A stretch of 37,522 nt of DNA. It comes from Chiloscyllium plagiosum (Eukaryota). Below are positions 34,198 to 37,522 of the stretch, piece by piece; positions within the stretch are counted from its first letter, which is position 1; every line of letters begins with the position of its first letter. Location of the stretch: assembly GCF_004010195.1 (NCBI RefSeq), contig NW_025214560.1:8500-46021 (forward strand). The letters run 5' to 3'. The notes beneath the pieces were generated by a model. That model was given only the letters and a program-made list of their open reading frames with translations, did no database searches and was not told the DNA's origin. Position numbers and translations under genes: made by a program.

Positions 34198-37100
34198 TGG
34201 AGGAAGGCCGAGTTGGAGGTGGGCAGCCCCAAAGTTATAGGTAAACCTCTTTGCTTTATGCTTGGCAACGAATACTCGCTTATGCTCATCTCTACTACTA
34301 ACCTTATGGGCACTGAAACATGTCCCACCTCTCTACTGAGCACTGAGTTACCGAAGCGTGAACTACATTTTCAGTACAACGATGATGCATATAAGTCAAT
34401 GTTTACATCTATGTTATATGTGGAAGGTGCATCTCTTACTTTTTTGGAAGATTCAAGGGCAACATATTCAGTTCATAAATCAAGGCAGTTCAGAGAGTCG
34501 ACGCAAATAAAGATGAACAGAAGCTTCCTCAACTTAATGGGTGCGTCAGTATTCGTGACACGCGAGAGATTTACCGCACCCCTATTGTGCGAAACCAGTA
34601 ATGCGGAGAAATTCCAATTCTCATTTCTGTTATCAGAATCTTGTTCTGTATATCTGATGTCTCGGGATCTCATAGTGAGACTGGGGTCGGATTTGCACAG
34701 TATCCCGACTGGCTTGCAGGTAATACAAAAAGAAGATTTAACAGTGCAGGCTGGAAAATACGAATCATGACCCGTGATGCATGTCAGAGAGTGATAGGTT
34801 CCTTCAGCGATTCACTCACCCAGGAAGGAAGTAGCCATGTTAATCCCATTAACACCGATTTTCTTGCTGGAGATATGCTGCACTGCACAGCACACATACA
34901 CCGCGATGATCCTGACAAATTATAAGAGAAGTATTGGTTCAGGAGATTGGTTAAACCTGATCAGTTGTTATTGTGCGAATTTTATTGGAATGGTCACAGA
35001 TGTGCTGTCACTTTAAACTTTTTTAAGTATCTGTGACGCTAAGTAGACCCTGTTTATTTTTGATGTGGAAGGCTCTTTTCCTCACGGATCATTGGCGAAG
35101 GCATCCAGCGACAGTCAGAATTTGGGACCATGGGTACGACAGCCACAAAAAAAACAAAAGATTGTGTCTTCAGGGTCGGCGTGGTTATCTGCTTCAATGC
35201 AGTTATAAGGACATATAGGAAGATACTAAATCGGCTAACTCAGGCAGACAGGGCAGTCCAGGTAATACCCACCAGTATTGTCGTCTGGCGTTTACCTATG
35301 GTAGATGTCTCGGATCCAAGATTAAGAAGGGTCCCAACTGATTTCAGGGGAAAAGGCTAACACGATGTGGGGTTCATACGAACCCTTAAGAATAACCCCG
35401 AAGTCTGAGTATCGTCCTTGCAAAGCAAAATAACCGATAAAACCCGAGGCTGTGCAAGGAATTACCCCAGCCTTTGAATCTCTCCTATAGGCTGGAGTGA
35501 TAATCCCCCGTGAATAATCACTGGTGAGCACACCCATTTTTTTCGTTCAAAAAGGCAAACATTCCAGGTGAATCGGGAGAATGGAGGTTTGTTCATGACC
35601 TGCAGGTTATCAATAACGCTGTTATTCCGCACACCCCAAATGTCCCCAACCCCTATATTATATTGGCTCAAATTCCACCGGATGTAACTGGCTCTGAATT
35701 GTGGATTTAGCAAATGCCTTGTTTTGTGTANNNNNNNNNNNNNNNNNNNNNNNNNNNNNNNNNNNNNNNNNNNNNNNNNNNNNNNNNNNNNNNNNNNNNN
35801 NNNNNNNNNNNNNNNNNNNNNNNNNNNNNNNNNNNNNNNNNNNNNNNNNNNNNNNNNNNNNNNNNNNNNNNNNNNNNNNNNNNNNNNNNNNNNNNNNNNN
35901 NNNNNNNNNNNNNNNNNNNNNNNNNNNNNNNNNNNNNNNNNNNNNNNNNNNNNNNNNNNNNNNNNNNNNNNNNNNNNNNNNNNNNNTCTTGACCTCCACT
36001 GGAAAGCCAATCACAGAGAATGGCCTGATCTCTGACCTCCTGAAAGCAGTCCGATTGCCTAAATCAATCACTGTGTGTCCATGTAAAGCCCACAGGAAAA
36101 ATTATGATTCAATTTCTCAAGGCAATGAAAATGTAGACTCAGCGGCAAGGACGGCAGTCAATCATCCGCCAAGTGATCAGTTTGACATGTGTATGTCAAA
36201 TATTTGTAATCCAAAGCAGACTTATGGGACTTACAGTCGCAGGCCACATCGAAGGAGAAGCGTGAATGGACTAGGGCATGGTGCAGAATGAGGGATTGGA
36301 TGTGGTGTGGCCCCAATGGTAAACCCTCTCTACCACGATCTTTATTCCCTTTCTATGCCAAAGTAACACACGGTAAGGACTATGTGTCAAAAGTGGGGAT
36401 GAACGACAATATTTCAGCACGCTGGTACAGAAAGGGATTTACTCATTGATCATAATAAAAATGTGAATAATCTGTTATCTGTGCCACTAATAATGTGGGG
36501 ACCGGAATACAAATGAATCAGGCAGAACACCCCCAATCCCAAAGACACTTTGAACATTTACAGATGGAGTTTATTGAACTAACACCCAGCGAAGGGAAAA
36601 GGCATTGTTTGGTAATAGTCGATATTTTCCCAAGAGGTGGAAGTGCTCCCACGTCTAAACAGGATGCTAGTGCGGTAGCCAAGGCTTTGCTAACTGAAAT
36701 AATTCCGAGATGGGGCATCCCTGAAAGTCTAAGCAGCGACAATGAAATGCCATTTATAAATATTGCCCTACAGCAGATCAGTGATTACTTGAGAATAAAG
36801 GTGAGGCAACATTGTGCCTACCACCCAGCGAGCGGTGGGGTAGTGGAAAGAGAGAAAACTACCCTTAAAAATAAATTGGCAAAATGTTGTGAGGAACTAA
36901 AGGTGAGATAGACAAAGGCATTTCCAATTGTGCTAATGTATATGAAGGAGAGGAAGAGTAAATCTTAGGACGTTTGAGATTTTGTTTGGAAGGTGTCCTA
37001 ATACAGGAATTGGCCCAAGACCGATTGTAAGACAGATAACAGACCACTGTGAGGACGAGATGTTATGTTACGGTATAAAACTCTCCACACTTCTGTCTCA

Positions 37101-37353
37101 AATACAGAATCAAAAGAAGGGCACCCAATCAGCAGAAGGGAAGATGCATAATCTAGAACTTGAAGACTGGATAGTGGTGAAAGACTTCAGGAGCAAAAGC
37201 ATGAAGGCGAAGTGCTGGCTGGGACCGTTCCAAGGGCTCCCTACAACACAGACAGCTGTTAAGATCGCCGAAACAGCCACGTTGATACACGCCAGCCATT
37301 GCAAACGTCTAGCTGACCTTGAGGAGACATCGGACAACACCGGATCCAAATAA
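34198..37353 (+). pseudogene. pol: ERV pro-pol (protease, 2H-like insert, RT, RNase H, integrase), disrupted
   Basis: Protease FLEDSRATYS (34441-34470) and LMSRDL. RT TPIFFVQK, WRFVHDLQVIN, VPNPY, DLANALFCV. RNase H LTSTGKPI..CKAH..GNENVD. Integrase QMEFIEL, SSDNE, YHPASGGVVER, WLGPFQ. Confidence 0.9.
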
Positions 37354-37522
37354 GTGTAAGTAGTCATTAGAAGACTCATAGAAATATGGGGCTGCATGTC
37401 AGGACGAGTCGTGAAGGCAGGGGTGTCTGGGGTACAACCGCAGACGGTAATCTTAACCAAGGATGTTAAGTTGACCTTTACATGCCACTCATGCCCGTTT
37501 GGTAACCAGGACGACTATAAAT

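Larger units (their letters stand above)
33600..37522 (+). mobile_element. Decayed endogenous retrovirus, class I (epsilon-like); 5' LTR not seen; runs off the window
   Basis: Gag, protease, RT, RNase H and integrase motifs appear in retroviral order, with gag and pro in the same frame across a single stop. Confidence 0.9.

Overview
Repeat-dominated eukaryotic genomic DNA with six assembly gaps. The repeat families (HE1 V-SINEs, CR1/HER1-type LINEs, Penelope elements) point to a cartilaginous fish, probably a bamboo or carpet shark (inference). I found no intact cellular gene. Contents: (1) two near-full-length decayed CR1 LINEs (about 12.85-16.97 kb and 28.0-31.5 kb) plus many CR1 fragments; (2) several HE1 SINEs; (3) three Penelope fragments; (4) five Penelope-derived hairpin or arm elements, several with minimal hammerhead-ribozyme cores; (5) minisatellites and a tRNA-like pseudogene; (6) phase-compatible exons of an unidentified pseudogene at 23.7-27.7 kb; (7) a decayed epsilon-like endogenous retrovirus from about 33.6 kb to the window end. 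The ERV pol has a 2H-phosphoesterase-like domain (HCT ... HGS) between protease and reverse transcriptase. All family names come from recognition of motifs and recalled consensus sequences; no database search was run.
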